From sequence record NC_010821.1: a stretch of DNA of 32,000 nucleotides; one strand, given 5' to 3'. This stretch comes from Pseudomonas phage 201phi2-1. The translations under genes were made by a program, and so were the position numbers. Numbering within the stretch: position 1 is the first letter of the stretch; every line of letters begins with the position of its first letter. Shown here one piece after another: positions 1 to 8,815 of this stretch. The notes beneath the pieces are model-generated. The model was not told the origin of the DNA. It made no database searches and saw nothing but the letters and a program-made list of their open reading frames with translations.

Positions 1-32
1 AATATGTAATGGTATTTCGTGAGGAACACTAG

Positions 33-365
33 GTGGCTCTTTATTCTGCTTTACAGCCTCACATAGAGGCTAACCAATGGTTTAAGAATGGTGATCACCC
101 AGATGATCACACTATCCATCGTATTAACACAGGACGCGTAGTAAAGCGTCATCCCTATTACAAGACACCTAGAGGTGAGTCTAAGTGTAACTTCTGTGAA
201 CTGCCTCTTAATGACCATGGTATCATCGGTACTGCCGTTACAGTATGTCCAGGTGACTATGTTGTAACTAACCGTGATGACAAAGGTCGTAAGCTAAGTT
301 ACACTCTACTCAAACAAGAACTCTTCGAATACATGTATGGCCCATACAAGGAACCTAAAGAATGA
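33..365 (+). CDS. small phage protein with CxxC motif and PGDYVV motif (resembles the common phage 'PGDwi/v' small-protein family)
   Basis: GTG start right after an in-frame TAG, SD-like GAGGAA upstream; contains CNFC and VCPGDYVVTN...; overlaps next ORF by 4 nt. Confidence 0.65.
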   Translation: MALYSALQPHIEANQWFKNGDHPDDHTIHRINTGRVVKRHPYYKTPRGESKCNFCELPLNDHGIIGTAVTVCPGDYVVTNRDDKGRKLSYTLLKQELFEYMYGPYKEPKE

Positions 366-901
366 CCCTTATTGCTAAACCCGCTGTACCCGATACTGAA
401 GTACTGAATCACATTGGTCGTGATCTACTATTGAAAGATGAAGACGGTAGTTTCAAACTACAACGTCACCTGAAGATCCTGACTGAAGAAGGTTTGGTAC
501 ATCAAGTATCATTTGCTCAAGTAGACGGTCTGTTGAATATTCTGGACTCTACTCGTGAAACTCCACCATGTTCACCACTGCAATATCTCATTACGCACTA
601 TGACCTCAAAGATCTCGTAGAGCTCGGTAAAGACGGCTGGCTGGTGCCTGAGTATCAAGTGGTGGTGATGCATAGCAGCAAGACCGTACGCTTCGAAGGT
701 AAGCTTACACGCGTTGGTAGCATAGACAAAGAGTTCACTTTTGCACTGGGTGGTTTTGACTTCATCCAACAACTGAGTTTGGCTCGTTGCATTGCAAGCT
801 TGGGTAAAGAATTTGAACAAGTCATTGGTACGTTCGATTGTACCTATGTGTTCAAGACTGGACCTGATGGGATCTCTGTCTCTACTGATATCGGAGTTTA
901 A
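362..901 (+). CDS. hypothetical phage protein (179 aa)
   Basis: ATGA overlap with upstream ORF and immediate abutment to DHFR start (translational coupling). Confidence 0.75.
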   Translation: MTLIAKPAVPDTEVLNHIGRDLLLKDEDGSFKLQRHLKILTEEGLVHQVSFAQVDGLLNILDSTRETPPCSPLQYLITHYDLKDLVELGKDGWLVPEYQVVVMHSSKTVRFEGKLTRVGSIDKEFTFALGGFDFIQQLSLARCIASLGKEFEQVIGTFDCTYVFKTGPDGISVSTDIGV

Positions 902-1453
902 ATGAAAACGAGTATGATCTTAGCTCGTGACGTTCAAGGCGTTATTGGTATTGATAACAAACTCCCTTGGCATGTACCAGCAGACATGGCTTTGTTCATA
1001 GCCCATACCAAAGGTAAGGCGGTAGTGATGGGTCGTAAGACTTGGGAGTCCCTACCGGTCAAACCACTACCGGGTCGACACAACATCATTCTGACTGGTA
1101 AGCCTAACTACAAAGACGTTGTGAATGCTGAAGAGCTTACCAACAAGGCTCAGGTATCGATCGCCAGTAGCGTTGAGGATGCTATTATCTCAGCTAGTCA
1201 GGAAGGTGCCGATGAAGTAGTGTTTATCGGTGGTCGTTCGATCTATGACCAAGTGGTCAACTATGTAGATGAAATCCACGTCAGTGAACTTAATCTGTGT
1301 GTTGAAACCAAAGGAAAGTCGGATGTAGATATCTATGCACAAGACTTTGAAGACTTGGGCTTTGTAATAGCCAGTGCTGGCCCGCTTTATGAATCAGAGA
1401 CAGGCAAACACCTGTTGGACTATATTCGCTACGCTCGACCATTAAGTCGTTAA
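902..1453 (+). CDS. folA: dihydrofolate reductase
   Basis: Hallmark DHFR motifs: GVIGIDNKLPWHVPADM, VVMGRKTWESLP...LPGRHNIILT, VVFIGGRSIYDQ. Confidence 0.96.
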   Translation: MKTSMILARDVQGVIGIDNKLPWHVPADMALFIAHTKGKAVVMGRKTWESLPVKPLPGRHNIILTGKPNYKDVVNAEELTNKAQVSIASSVEDAIISASQEGADEVVFIGGRSIYDQVVNYVDEIHVSELNLCVETKGKSDVDIYAQDFEDLGFVIASAGPLYESETGKHLLDYIRYARPLSR

Positions 1454-1464
1454 GACAACATATT

Positions 1465-1490
1465 GCCCCTCCATTACGGAGGGGCTTTAT
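1465..1490 (+). terminator. intrinsic terminator between convergent genes
   Basis: GCCCCTCC-ATTAC-GGAGGGGC perfect 8-bp stem followed by TTTAT. Confidence 0.85.
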
Positions 1491-1493
1491 GCT

Positions 1494-1955
1494 TTATTTA
1501 TTTTTGTTGTACTCTGCGGTAAAGATATCTTTCAATGCTGCTGGTGAAGGCTTGGTTGGCTTAGTGTATAACCGATAAGCGGTTACCCCTAACTCAATAG
1601 CCTTACGACGGAAGATATTCACCTTAGCCACACGCATTGCATCAAAGAAAATCTCATCGACTTCCTTACGATTTAACTTACGCTTGTTGGTTTGCCAAGT
1701 TTCACATAGTTTGTCATGCACTACAGCGCACTGACCATGTTTACCCCATGCAGGAATCAACCACTGTAAGAACTTAGGTACACTGGCACCATCAGTTAGA
1801 TAACCCGTCTCAATAGTAACAATCTCAGAAGGATCATGACTTGAGTAGAATGTAAAGCCTGGATCTACCCAGTAGTATTTACCCTTCAGGGCTTTGGATT
1901 CTTCTTTAGCTGAGAAGATACTTAGTTTTGCAGAGAACTGTGTAAACGATGACAT
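1494..1955 (-). CDS. DUF1353-like phage protein
   Basis: Motifs GYLTDGASVPKFLQWLIPAWGKHGQCAVVHDKLCE typical of DUF1353 phage proteins. Confidence 0.75.
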   Translation of the reverse strand: MSSFTQFSAKLSIFSAKEESKALKGKYYWVDPGFTFYSSHDPSEIVTIETGYLTDGASVPKFLQWLIPAWGKHGQCAVVHDKLCETWQTNKRKLNRKEVDEIFFDAMRVAKVNIFRRKAIELGVTAYRLYTKPTKPSPAALKDIFTAEYNKNK

Positions 1956-1970
1956 TGGTAGTTTCCTTAA

Positions 1971-4163
1971 TTAAACGATTGCTCGTTGACCGGTGAATCG
2001 TGCTGGTGCATTGCGCGAAGAATCACCAAAGCGATTACTGCGTACTCGACGAACGCGTTCATCGTGCACTTGCTGGATCATTGCGTCGATACCCATACCA
2101 TGAGCTTCATCAACGTCAATCCACCGCGAGATGGCCCTTAGGCGCATTTCTAGCTTGGTTGCCAGCATGCGGTTTGGTTCACCTTTAAGACGTACGATCA
2201 AGTCATCGAATTCTGCACGGTACTTAGCGTTCTGATTGTCACGGAAAACTTCGACGTTAGTTGGTTCCACGTCACGAGTACGAGCCTTAACAAAGATTGT
2301 CTTCGGATTAATGCCGTAGTAATCCAAGTTCTGACCACGGATGCAAGTCCAGTGTGCCAGCAACATCGATACCACCATGTCGTCGTGTTTGTCAGTGTCG
2401 TGGTCGATACGACCATTCTTAATTACCAGACCCAAGAGTTCTGTAATCAGTTGGTTATCGTTCATGACTCGACCGCCTACGTCAATCGAGTTAGACAACG
2501 AATCTTTAAACAATGCGTTACGAGAGTAACGACCGCCACCAGAAGTGTTGAAACCGAAGTGTCGTTTGAATCGATCATAGAACTGTGGAGTACGTTGACT
2601 AACTGGAGTGGTTCTAAGGATTTCGTATTCCGTTTCCAAGATGTTAGATTCATCGACCACACGATTGAAGATTCGACGGAAAGGACAGATACCTTTAGAG
2701 TGCAGTACCAGAATAACCATGTCGATCAAACTAATACCCGTAGACTTACGTTCTGGAACCCAAGTGATGTTCTCGTATTTGATCAGCAAGTTAGCAATGA
2801 AGCTGGCTAAGATCGGAACAGACGTTTCATTATAACGTCCAGTGAACAACACTTCATGGGTTTCTGTGTCGATACCAACGATACCCGTGGAGTCGTTACC
2901 TGCGCCGAGGAGTTCACTAGGGTCGCAACCCATCACCACTTTACAACGTGCCATACGGTCAGCGATCATGTGTTCAGGAATATACCATCTCAAGAGGTAT
3001 CCGTTTTCATCACTGATGTTAGCCATCGGTTCAGACATAGCTTCCTTGAGGATCTTCTTATGGTGATCCAACAACGGAGAGCCTTCACCACCAACAGTCC
3101 AGATATTGAAGAAGTCTCGGTCAGCGATCTCACCACTCGATGCAGATTCACGTAGTGTCTTATACAACCACATATCGTCGAAACCTAATTGACGATGGTT
3201 GAATGCACCGTAGATCAGTGGCGTTTCACCCGAGGTCCCTTTCTCAATAATGAGTTCTAGGGTTGCTTGATCTTTAAGGTCAAGATAAGCTTCTGTCCAT
3301 ACTGCGCCACCAGTCATGAAGCGGTGAGCGAACTTACCATCTCGAGTAGTGATGTCACCAGCGGTCGTAGTGAAGATGTTACCAAAGAACTGGCGGTTGG
3401 CACGGGCAATACGACGTGCAGCGGAACCTGCCGCAAGTGCTACTGGTAGAGAAGTCCCGATCAAGCTAATGTATGCAAATTCGTCGAACTGCATGATAGG
3501 TACAGTAAGACCACGACCGAGTTTGTCCGCGGCAATAACGTCGTTACGCGCTACTGAAGTGCCATAACGGTTACCCAAACGAATGCAGCTCAGCGCTTCG
3601 TTGTTATCGACGTCATTACGGTCGATCATGTCAATGTAATCAGGTAATAGATCCCTCATCCCTTTAAGTCGCCTGATGTTAGCATCGCGCAGACGGGCGT
3701 CTTTAGTAATCAGATTGATCTCAGTTTTGAAGCCCCAGATAAACATCAGTCCAACCATCAAGATGTCCGTTGATACAGACTTACCTGTTTGACGTGGTTG
3801 CAATAGACCAAAGTTAATATGGTTAAAGAAGCTCCAATACAAAGCGATGTTACCACGGTTCGCTAAGAATGGGGACGGCACTGGGCCAGAGATTGGAACA
3901 CGAGCAACTTCCCTAAAGTAATACCACGGGTTATATTTGCATTCATAGGCAATCTTAGCCTTAGTAACACGATCCAAATTATCAGCAAAAGGATCTACAC
4001 CCGATAGCTCTGGTTGCATTAACGCTAGATGAAACTTCCAGTTCTTGACTTTGAGTTCATCGCGATACAAGTGAGCTAACTTAAGGAAGGTCTCATTTTT
4101 GGTGTTGAAATCGGCATAGACTCGGAAGCGTTCCCAGTCTGACTCGAATAGAACAATATCCAT
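1971..4163 (-). CDS. terL: terminase large subunit
   Basis: Walker A-like QPRQTGKS, Walker B-like IMQFDEFAY, nuclease-domain acidic motifs GCDPSE and HDDMVV. Start chosen at MDIVLF, which has GAGG 6-7 nt upstream; the ORF track start 4175 lacks this. Confidence 0.88.
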   Translation of the reverse strand: MDIVLFESDWERFRVYADFNTKNETFLKLAHLYRDELKVKNWKFHLALMQPELSGVDPFADNLDRVTKAKIAYECKYNPWYYFREVARVPISGPVPSPFLANRGNIALYWSFFNHINFGLLQPRQTGKSVSTDILMVGLMFIWGFKTEINLITKDARLRDANIRRLKGMRDLLPDYIDMIDRNDVDNNEALSCIRLGNRYGTSVARNDVIAADKLGRGLTVPIMQFDEFAYISLIGTSLPVALAAGSAARRIARANRQFFGNIFTTTAGDITTRDGKFAHRFMTGGAVWTEAYLDLKDQATLELIIEKGTSGETPLIYGAFNHRQLGFDDMWLYKTLRESASSGEIADRDFFNIWTVGGEGSPLLDHHKKILKEAMSEPMANISDENGYLLRWYIPEHMIADRMARCKVVMGCDPSELLGAGNDSTGIVGIDTETHEVLFTGRYNETSVPILASFIANLLIKYENITWVPERKSTGISLIDMVILVLHSKGICPFRRIFNRVVDESNILETEYEILRTTPVSQRTPQFYDRFKRHFGFNTSGGGRYSRNALFKDSLSNSIDVGGRVMNDNQLITELLGLVIKNGRIDHDTDKHDDMVVSMLLAHWTCIRGQNLDYYGINPKTIFVKARTRDVEPTNVEVFRDNQNAKYRAEFDDLIVRLKGEPNRMLATKLEMRLRAISRWIDVDEAHGMGIDAMIQQVHDERVRRVRSNRFGDSSRNAPARFTGQRAIV

Positions 4164-4224
4164 AATGGACCTCAAATGAAAAGGTTATAGTACATACTAT
4201 CATTATTAGAAGCCATTTAAAGGC

Positions 4225-4232
4225 TATATTAC
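4225..4232 (+). promoter_or_regulatory. phiKZ-type early promoter core
   Basis: TTTAAAGGC-TATATTAC-TATTGTGAATT; same element recurs at 19919 and 22127; ~40 nt upstream of first plus-strand gene. Confidence 0.75.
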
Positions 4233-4271
4233 TATTGTGAATTCAGCAACTTAAATAGATAGGATATCTAA

Positions 4272-4679
4272 ATGAAGGTATACCGTTTTCTTAATCCTAA
4301 TGGTGAAGGCCTTTACCAAAACGACTTCTGGCGCCAGGTTGGGCTACCTTACGTAGGCGAGGATATCCCTTTCCATCAACCGCCCGTTTATGAAGATGTT
4401 CGCGGCTGGAAACTTGAAGATGCGAACAAATACATCTGTGCGTTCCAATCCCCGGATAAACTCGTTAGTTGGTTTCGTGACCTGAATCCTCTTCAAGTAT
4501 TTATTGAAGGTGGGTCGTTGGTCGAAATAATTGTCCCTAACGAGCATGTGCGTTTGGGCAATCATCAATGCGCTATCCGTAAGTTTAAAGAAACTTCGGT
4601 TCGTGAAATTGGTATTGACGAATTCATTGATCTGATTGATAACTCGGTGGAACGTTATAAAGAATTAATAGTTTGGTAA
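4272..4679 (+). CDS. hypothetical early protein
   Basis: First ORF after early-type promoter; no family recognised. Confidence 0.8.
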   Translation: MKVYRFLNPNGEGLYQNDFWRQVGLPYVGEDIPFHQPPVYEDVRGWKLEDANKYICAFQSPDKLVSWFRDLNPLQVFIEGGSLVEIIVPNEHVRLGNHQCAIRKFKETSVREIGIDEFIDLIDNSVERYKELIVW

Positions 4680-4688
4680 GGACTCGTA

Positions 4689-4793
4689 ATGCGTCGTAAG
4701 AATAAGATCCCTAAAGGAGAACGTAAGTGGGTCGCCTTATTCTTGGTGATCGATTTAATCGCTCTGGCTGTAATCCCATTCGTTTTGATGTGA
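4689..4793 (+). CDS. 34 aa single-pass membrane micropeptide
   Basis: MRRKNKIPKGERKWVALFLVIDLIALAVIPFVLM*; positive N-terminus then hydrophobic helix; upstream GGTAAGGA; missing from the ORF track. Confidence 0.6.
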   Translation: MRRKNKIPKGERKWVALFLVIDLIALAVIPFVLM

Positions 4794-4800
4794 GGTCAAC

Positions 4801-5295
4801 ATGCATCTGCAATACAATACCCCGCCATACCGTAAACTGTATCGCTCGTATATCGAGCGCTATGATAACTGCGATAAGGTTGTTAACATCGAACCACGTG
4901 TACGTGAGTTCAGTCACCTGATCCGCCAGTCCGGTCTCGGTGTAAGTGTGTGGAGTTGTGAAGGTCATGAGGAAGACACCTATTCCCCATATGAAGGTTA
5001 CGTCATGCTCACAGCACGTAATCGTGAAGCCGCTGCGAAGTTGGTAGATGTGTTTCAAAAGATCTCGAGTGTTCTCGTAACGGTTATGGGCTGGGAAGCT
5101 CTACCAGAGATCGAGTCCCCTCTGGCATCGCTGGGTGAGGACACCAGTTACCCATGCGTCGTCATCCGCAGTCCAAGTTTCACAAAAGAATCAAATGCAA
5201 ATCTCTTTTGGGAGATTGTAACCGTACAGACAGAGAAGCTGCTGAAACACCATATTTCTGCCAATCCTGAAAACATTACAGGAGTAATACCATGA
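4801..5295 (+). CDS. hypothetical protein with SCEGH motif
   Basis: SD TGAGGT; contains VWSCEGHEEDTYSPYEGYVMLTAR, a motif seen in small phage proteins. Confidence 0.82.
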   Translation: MHLQYNTPPYRKLYRSYIERYDNCDKVVNIEPRVREFSHLIRQSGLGVSVWSCEGHEEDTYSPYEGYVMLTARNREAAAKLVDVFQKISSVLVTVMGWEALPEIESPLASLGEDTSYPCVVIRSPSFTKESNANLFWEIVTVQTEKLLKHHISANPENITGVIP

Positions 5296-5897
5296 CTATC
5301 AAAGCTGAACTGAACTATCTGGACTTCCACAACACCAAGGATAAACTGGAAGATGGTTTCTATCGTGTTATCGAATCCGATGGTGAAGAGAACATCGCGC
5401 TGGTAAAGGCGAACTCGTGGAATGGTCCATGTCGTGTGACCTGGATGTCTGAGATGGAATACCTCGAACATCGCCGGATGGATAGCTACCTGTCTGATGA
5501 CTGGGATCGTGAAGGTAACGAGTTCCGTCGGATCAGTCCTGAAGATCTGGCTGATGTCGACCTCAGCGAGGACCTGATGGATTCATGGGACCAGGCCATG
5601 GCTAAAAAAGATGATCAGCGGTTATGCGATGAAATCTGTCTGGCTGAGGTTGATGTCACCGCGTATCTGGAAGACCTGACCGATACTGAGTTCGTTAACC
5701 TGTGTGCCCAGGGGTTTGAATCGAATCAACATCAATCGGAATGCTTCAATCGTGACATGGAAGCGAAGAAAGATGTTTCCTTGGCAGACCTGTTGCGTGA
5801 AGCCATTTCGATTGACCCACGTCACATGACCAACGAGCAGTACGTAGAACGCTGTGAAATTGCAGCTCAAGATAAACGTGATGGCGTAAGTGCGTAA
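5292..5897 (+). CDS. hypothetical acidic protein (201 aa)
   Basis: SD AGGAG; ATGA-type overlap upstream; many clustered D/E. Confidence 0.85.
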   Translation: MTIKAELNYLDFHNTKDKLEDGFYRVIESDGEENIALVKANSWNGPCRVTWMSEMEYLEHRRMDSYLSDDWDREGNEFRRISPEDLADVDLSEDLMDSWDQAMAKKDDQRLCDEICLAEVDVTAYLEDLTDTEFVNLCAQGFESNQHQSECFNRDMEAKKDVSLADLLREAISIDPRHMTNEQYVERCEIAAQDKRDGVSA

Positions 5898-6124
5898 TGA
5901 AGCGTATTCCTAACATGCGTGTAGAAGTAACCCGTAGCTCCATCCCGGCTATTCTGAACGCCGGTGGCTGTGTATCATATTTCGGTACTGGTAACCCCAG
6001 TACCGTTTATGCCGAGGGTCAGCCTGAGCACGTCCTGAGTATGTCTCAACGCTCGGATGTGACAGTCTTGGGTGAGATCCATAAAACCCCCAACTTTCGT
6101 AATGAATCAGGAGCGTACCTGTGA
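5897..6124 (+). CDS. hypothetical protein
   Basis: TAATG overlap with upstream gene. Confidence 0.7.
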   Translation: MKRIPNMRVEVTRSSIPAILNAGGCVSYFGTGNPSTVYAEGQPEHVLSMSQRSDVTVLGEIHKTPNFRNESGAYL

Positions 6125-6378
6125 CACCGTTTAAGAAATGGCTTCTGCGTCCACTGTACATTGCGTTATACTACCTATCGGGCCTTATCTTCGGTGGGAT
6201 ACTCGCTATCATCGTACTCAGTATGATGGATGGTTTGAGTATCATTGAAATTTACGAGAAAATCAAGGATGACGCCGGGTTGATCGCGATGAGCTACCTT
6301 GGGGCGTATTGGGTTAAATGGAATTTCGTCTATGGCCCACAAAAAGTAACGGAGGTGAAAAATGGAACCAATGGGTAA
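6121..6378 (+). CDS. small membrane protein
   Basis: GTG start overlapping the previous stop; hydrophobic segment LYIALYYLSGLIFGGILAIIVLSMM and second weaker segment. Confidence 0.7.
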   Translation: MTPFKKWLLRPLYIALYYLSGLIFGGILAIIVLSMMDGLSIIEIYEKIKDDAGLIAMSYLGAYWVKWNFVYGPQKVTEVKNGTNG

Positions 6379-6646
6379 ATCTGAAATCGCCGATAAGGTT
6401 GCCAAGAACAAAGCCAGTAAAGATCGCTGGGAGTTCATTCAACATGTAGTTCGACTGTTGGCTTTCTGGCCACTACAGATCGTACTCACTGCAAATATCC
6501 TTGTTACTACCTACGGGATTCTGGTACAGGATATTAGCAATGACCTTAAAACAATTTGGGTAGTTACTCAGAACTGGCCAATCATCGTCACCTGGGTAAT
6601 TATCTATTATTGCATCCGGCGTGAGAATAAATGGTTCGGCTGGTAA
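6362..6646 (+). CDS. small membrane protein (two predicted TM segments)
   Basis: Hydrophobic stretches VVRLLAFWPLQIVLTANILVTTYGI and IIVTWVIIYYCI; overlap with upstream gene. Confidence 0.7.
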   Translation: MEPMGKSEIADKVAKNKASKDRWEFIQHVVRLLAFWPLQIVLTANILVTTYGILVQDISNDLKTIWVVTQNWPIIVTWVIIYYCIRRENKWFGW

Positions 6647-6674
6647 GTAACCCACATTAACAAGGAGCATTCAA

Positions 6675-6863
6675 ATGTGGAAGAAATTTCTGTTTCATTG
6701 GCATGCACACTGGTTGCGTGTCGAATATCAAAAGCGGCTGACTCAGGTGAGTCGTGATCGCTGGATCAACTGCAAACGCGGCTTGATCACTCGTGAACGT
6801 GAGATCGTTCATCAGTGGTACGGTCGCGAATACAATAACCTGGTTGAAAAATATCTCAAGTAA
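6675..6863 (+). CDS. hypothetical small basic protein
   Basis: Preceded by AAGGAG; rich in K/R/W/H. Confidence 0.7.
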   Translation: MWKKFLFHWHAHWLRVEYQKRLTQVSRDRWINCKRGLITREREIVHQWYGREYNNLVEKYLK

Positions 6864-6874
6864 GGTGGTGGAAC

Positions 6875-7066
6875 ATGGACTTCAATTATCGCGTTAAAGT
6901 GCTGGGTACTTCGCTGCAACAACTGCTCGACATGGGCTTTGCTGTGAATGCACATGACTGCCAGCCCGGTGAATACTGGGTTATCGGTTGTGGCCGTACC
7001 AGTCTGGAAAATCAGGTTGTCCATCACAGCCTGACTACCATCACTCCTTACGAGGCTATCCGTTAA
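6875..7066 (+). CDS. hypothetical protein
   Basis: SD AAGGTGG; TAATG junction to next gene. Confidence 0.75.
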   Translation: MDFNYRVKVLGTSLQQLLDMGFAVNAHDCQPGEYWVIGCGRTSLENQVVHHSLTTITPYEAIR

Positions 7067-7443
7067 TGAAAGGTAACTGGCGTGACGTCGACTATACTTT
7101 ACCGGCAGGCGAGTCACTTGTAAAGGCTATTCGTGACCGGGTGATGACTTGTCACGAGCACAAGTTCCAGGTCAGTACAGTCTATCTCGGCTTCGAGGCC
7201 AATTACTCTGGTTACAGGCGCGTCACCGCTGAAGAAGTAACTAGCGGTGGCGGACTCGTCACCTGGAGTAGTGGTTTTGCAGTTGTATGGTTGAACGAGT
7301 TCTGGGATGATCGGGAACTCCCGATTAAGAAGATTCCAGTATGGGATCTAGACCCAGAACAACGAGCTGCATATGACCGTAAGTTGCTCGAGTACCAGAG
7401 TCGTGTGATCCACCCTGATCAGCTGAAAATCAAGGAGAACTAA
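7066..7443 (+). CDS. hypothetical protein (125 aa; start MKGNWRD)
   Basis: TAATG coupling at 7064-7068 favours this start over the track start 6988. Confidence 0.72.
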   Translation: MKGNWRDVDYTLPAGESLVKAIRDRVMTCHEHKFQVSTVYLGFEANYSGYRRVTAEEVTSGGGLVTWSSGFAVVWLNEFWDDRELPIKKIPVWDLDPEQRAAYDRKLLEYQSRVIHPDQLKIKEN

Positions 7444-7445
7444 TT

Positions 7446-7718
7446 ATGTCAGCAATGGCCATTTTTGTTGCATCAATTCTCGTAACTCCAGTTAACAACA
7501 ACCGTGTCAATGTCCCAATCGCACCAGCGACCATTACGGTACAGAAGCAGGTGTTGACTGATCCAACCAATGCCAATGGTAAATGTCGCAAGCTGGAAGC
7601 GGCTTACCATAATGGCAATGGTAGCAGTGTTAAGCGCGGTAATAAAATCGTCAGTCAGGTAACCAGTCCTGACGGCTTCTACGTTACTGAAACTACAACC
7701 TTCTGTGTGGAGATCTAA
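7446..7718 (+). CDS. hypothetical protein
   Basis: Tightly packed collinear ORF. Confidence 0.65.
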   Translation: MSAMAIFVASILVTPVNNNRVNVPIAPATITVQKQVLTDPTNANGKCRKLEAAYHNGNGSSVKRGNKIVSQVTSPDGFYVTETTTFCVEI

Positions 7719-7719
7719 C

Positions 7720-7860
7720 ATGCTCTGGGAAATCATTTGCTACAATGGTGATAGCTACAAGTCTGATCGCCAAGAAACCCTGACTGAGTTTCTGGCTCGC
7801 TGGGCTAAAGAAAATCACCAGACCGAACTCAACATCAAACACGTGATCAACCATCACTAA
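7720..7860 (+). CDS. hypothetical 46 aa protein
   Basis: MLWEIICYNGDSYKSDRQETLTEFLARWAKENHQTELNIKHVINHH*; fills gap between ORFs; below the ORF track size cutoff. Confidence 0.6.
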   Translation: MLWEIICYNGDSYKSDRQETLTEFLARWAKENHQTELNIKHVINHH

Positions 7861-7868
7861 GGTAAGTT

Positions 7869-8156
7869 ATGGCTACTGTTTTGGATGTATACAAAGCTAC
7901 GATGATGCCAGATGCAAAGCGGGCATTGGAGCAGGTCACTAAAGTACTGTTCAAGATGATCAACTCTGGCGAAGTCGACTACGGTGCACGTATAAGTGTT
8001 CCTATTCCCATCCCGTTGGATGTGTCAGAAGAGCGCGCTGTGCATTACGTGTTGACGCATGAAGGTTGGACTAACATCGTCTTCACCGATGAAGCCATTC
8101 GGTTCAGCTTCCCGAACTACCATCCTATTCCGAAAATCAACCCGCACACAATGTAA
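7869..8156 (+). CDS. paralog family A member 1
   Basis: Pattern SEERAVHYVLTHEGWTNIVFTDEAIRFSFP shared with 8180 and 10132 ORFs; SD TAAGG. Confidence 0.82.
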   Translation: MATVLDVYKATMMPDAKRALEQVTKVLFKMINSGEVDYGARISVPIPIPLDVSEERAVHYVLTHEGWTNIVFTDEAIRFSFPNYHPIPKINPHTM

Positions 8157-8179
8157 TTAATTTTATTTAGGAGCACTAA

Positions 8180-8455
8180 ATGCATAACGCACTTGAGATC
8201 TTTAGAGGTACGCAGAGTAGGGCGGTAGTTGACGCTATTCTGGCGGTGGATACACACCTTGCTGAAATTACCCGCCAAGAGCCAGGTTCAGTTGATTACG
8301 ATACGCGGCAAATCGTTCGGTTGCCAGTCGCGCTTAATCAGAGTGAACGTACCTCGATGCAATACCAGATGGAAGCCGCGGGTTGGGTAGCGATTGTATT
8401 CGGTCCTAATACGGTGAGCTTCCTCTTTCCGACTACATGGAGACACACGTGTTAA
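8180..8455 (+). CDS. paralog family A member 2
   Basis: SERTSMQYQMEAAGWVAIVFGPNTVSFLFP; SD TAGGAG. Confidence 0.82.
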   Translation: MHNALEIFRGTQSRAVVDAILAVDTHLAEITRQEPGSVDYDTRQIVRLPVALNQSERTSMQYQMEAAGWVAIVFGPNTVSFLFPTTWRHTC

Positions 8456-8652
8456 CGATTCCGCTGTCCCGCTTTAAAGGTTTTGAACACAAACGTAACG
8501 ACGGTCGTCGTTGGGGTCAACATTTCCATGACTACATGGAACTCTCCAAGGTCACCAATGGCATCGACAAAGTCTGGTGTGATAAGCTGTATGCCGTAGA
8601 TGATGTCACTGCCCGGCAAATGGTTCTTAACGTAATCGATCAGGATAACTGA
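8437..8652 (+). CDS. hypothetical protein
   Basis: Overlaps upstream ORF, collinear. Confidence 0.6.
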   Translation: METHVLTIPLSRFKGFEHKRNDGRRWGQHFHDYMELSKVTNGIDKVWCDKLYAVDDVTARQMVLNVIDQDN

Positions 8653-8653
8653 A

Positions 8654-8815
8654 ATGGATCAAGTTAAAATCTATAAATGTAGGGCCGGCGCCACCGGCCC
8701 TTATACCTACTCGGTTCGTAAGAAGTGCCGCTTCTGTAGAGAGGTCTTCGGGGAAGAGCGCGAAGCCGCTATAAAACAAATGTTGATCCCTAACCCAACT
8801 AACCAGGCTAGCTAA
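8654..8815 (+). CDS. 53 aa CxxC-containing protein
   Basis: MDQVKIYKCRAGATGPYTYSVRKKCRFCREVFGEEREAAIKQMLIPNPTNQAS*; TAATG coupling to next ORF; below ORF track cutoff. Confidence 0.65.
   Translation: MDQVKIYKCRAGATGPYTYSVRKKCRFCREVFGEEREAAIKQMLIPNPTNQAS

Noticed and set aside
2000-3155. Several plus-strand ORFs opposite terminase
   Set aside because: All embedded antisense in terL, which has Walker and nuclease motifs.
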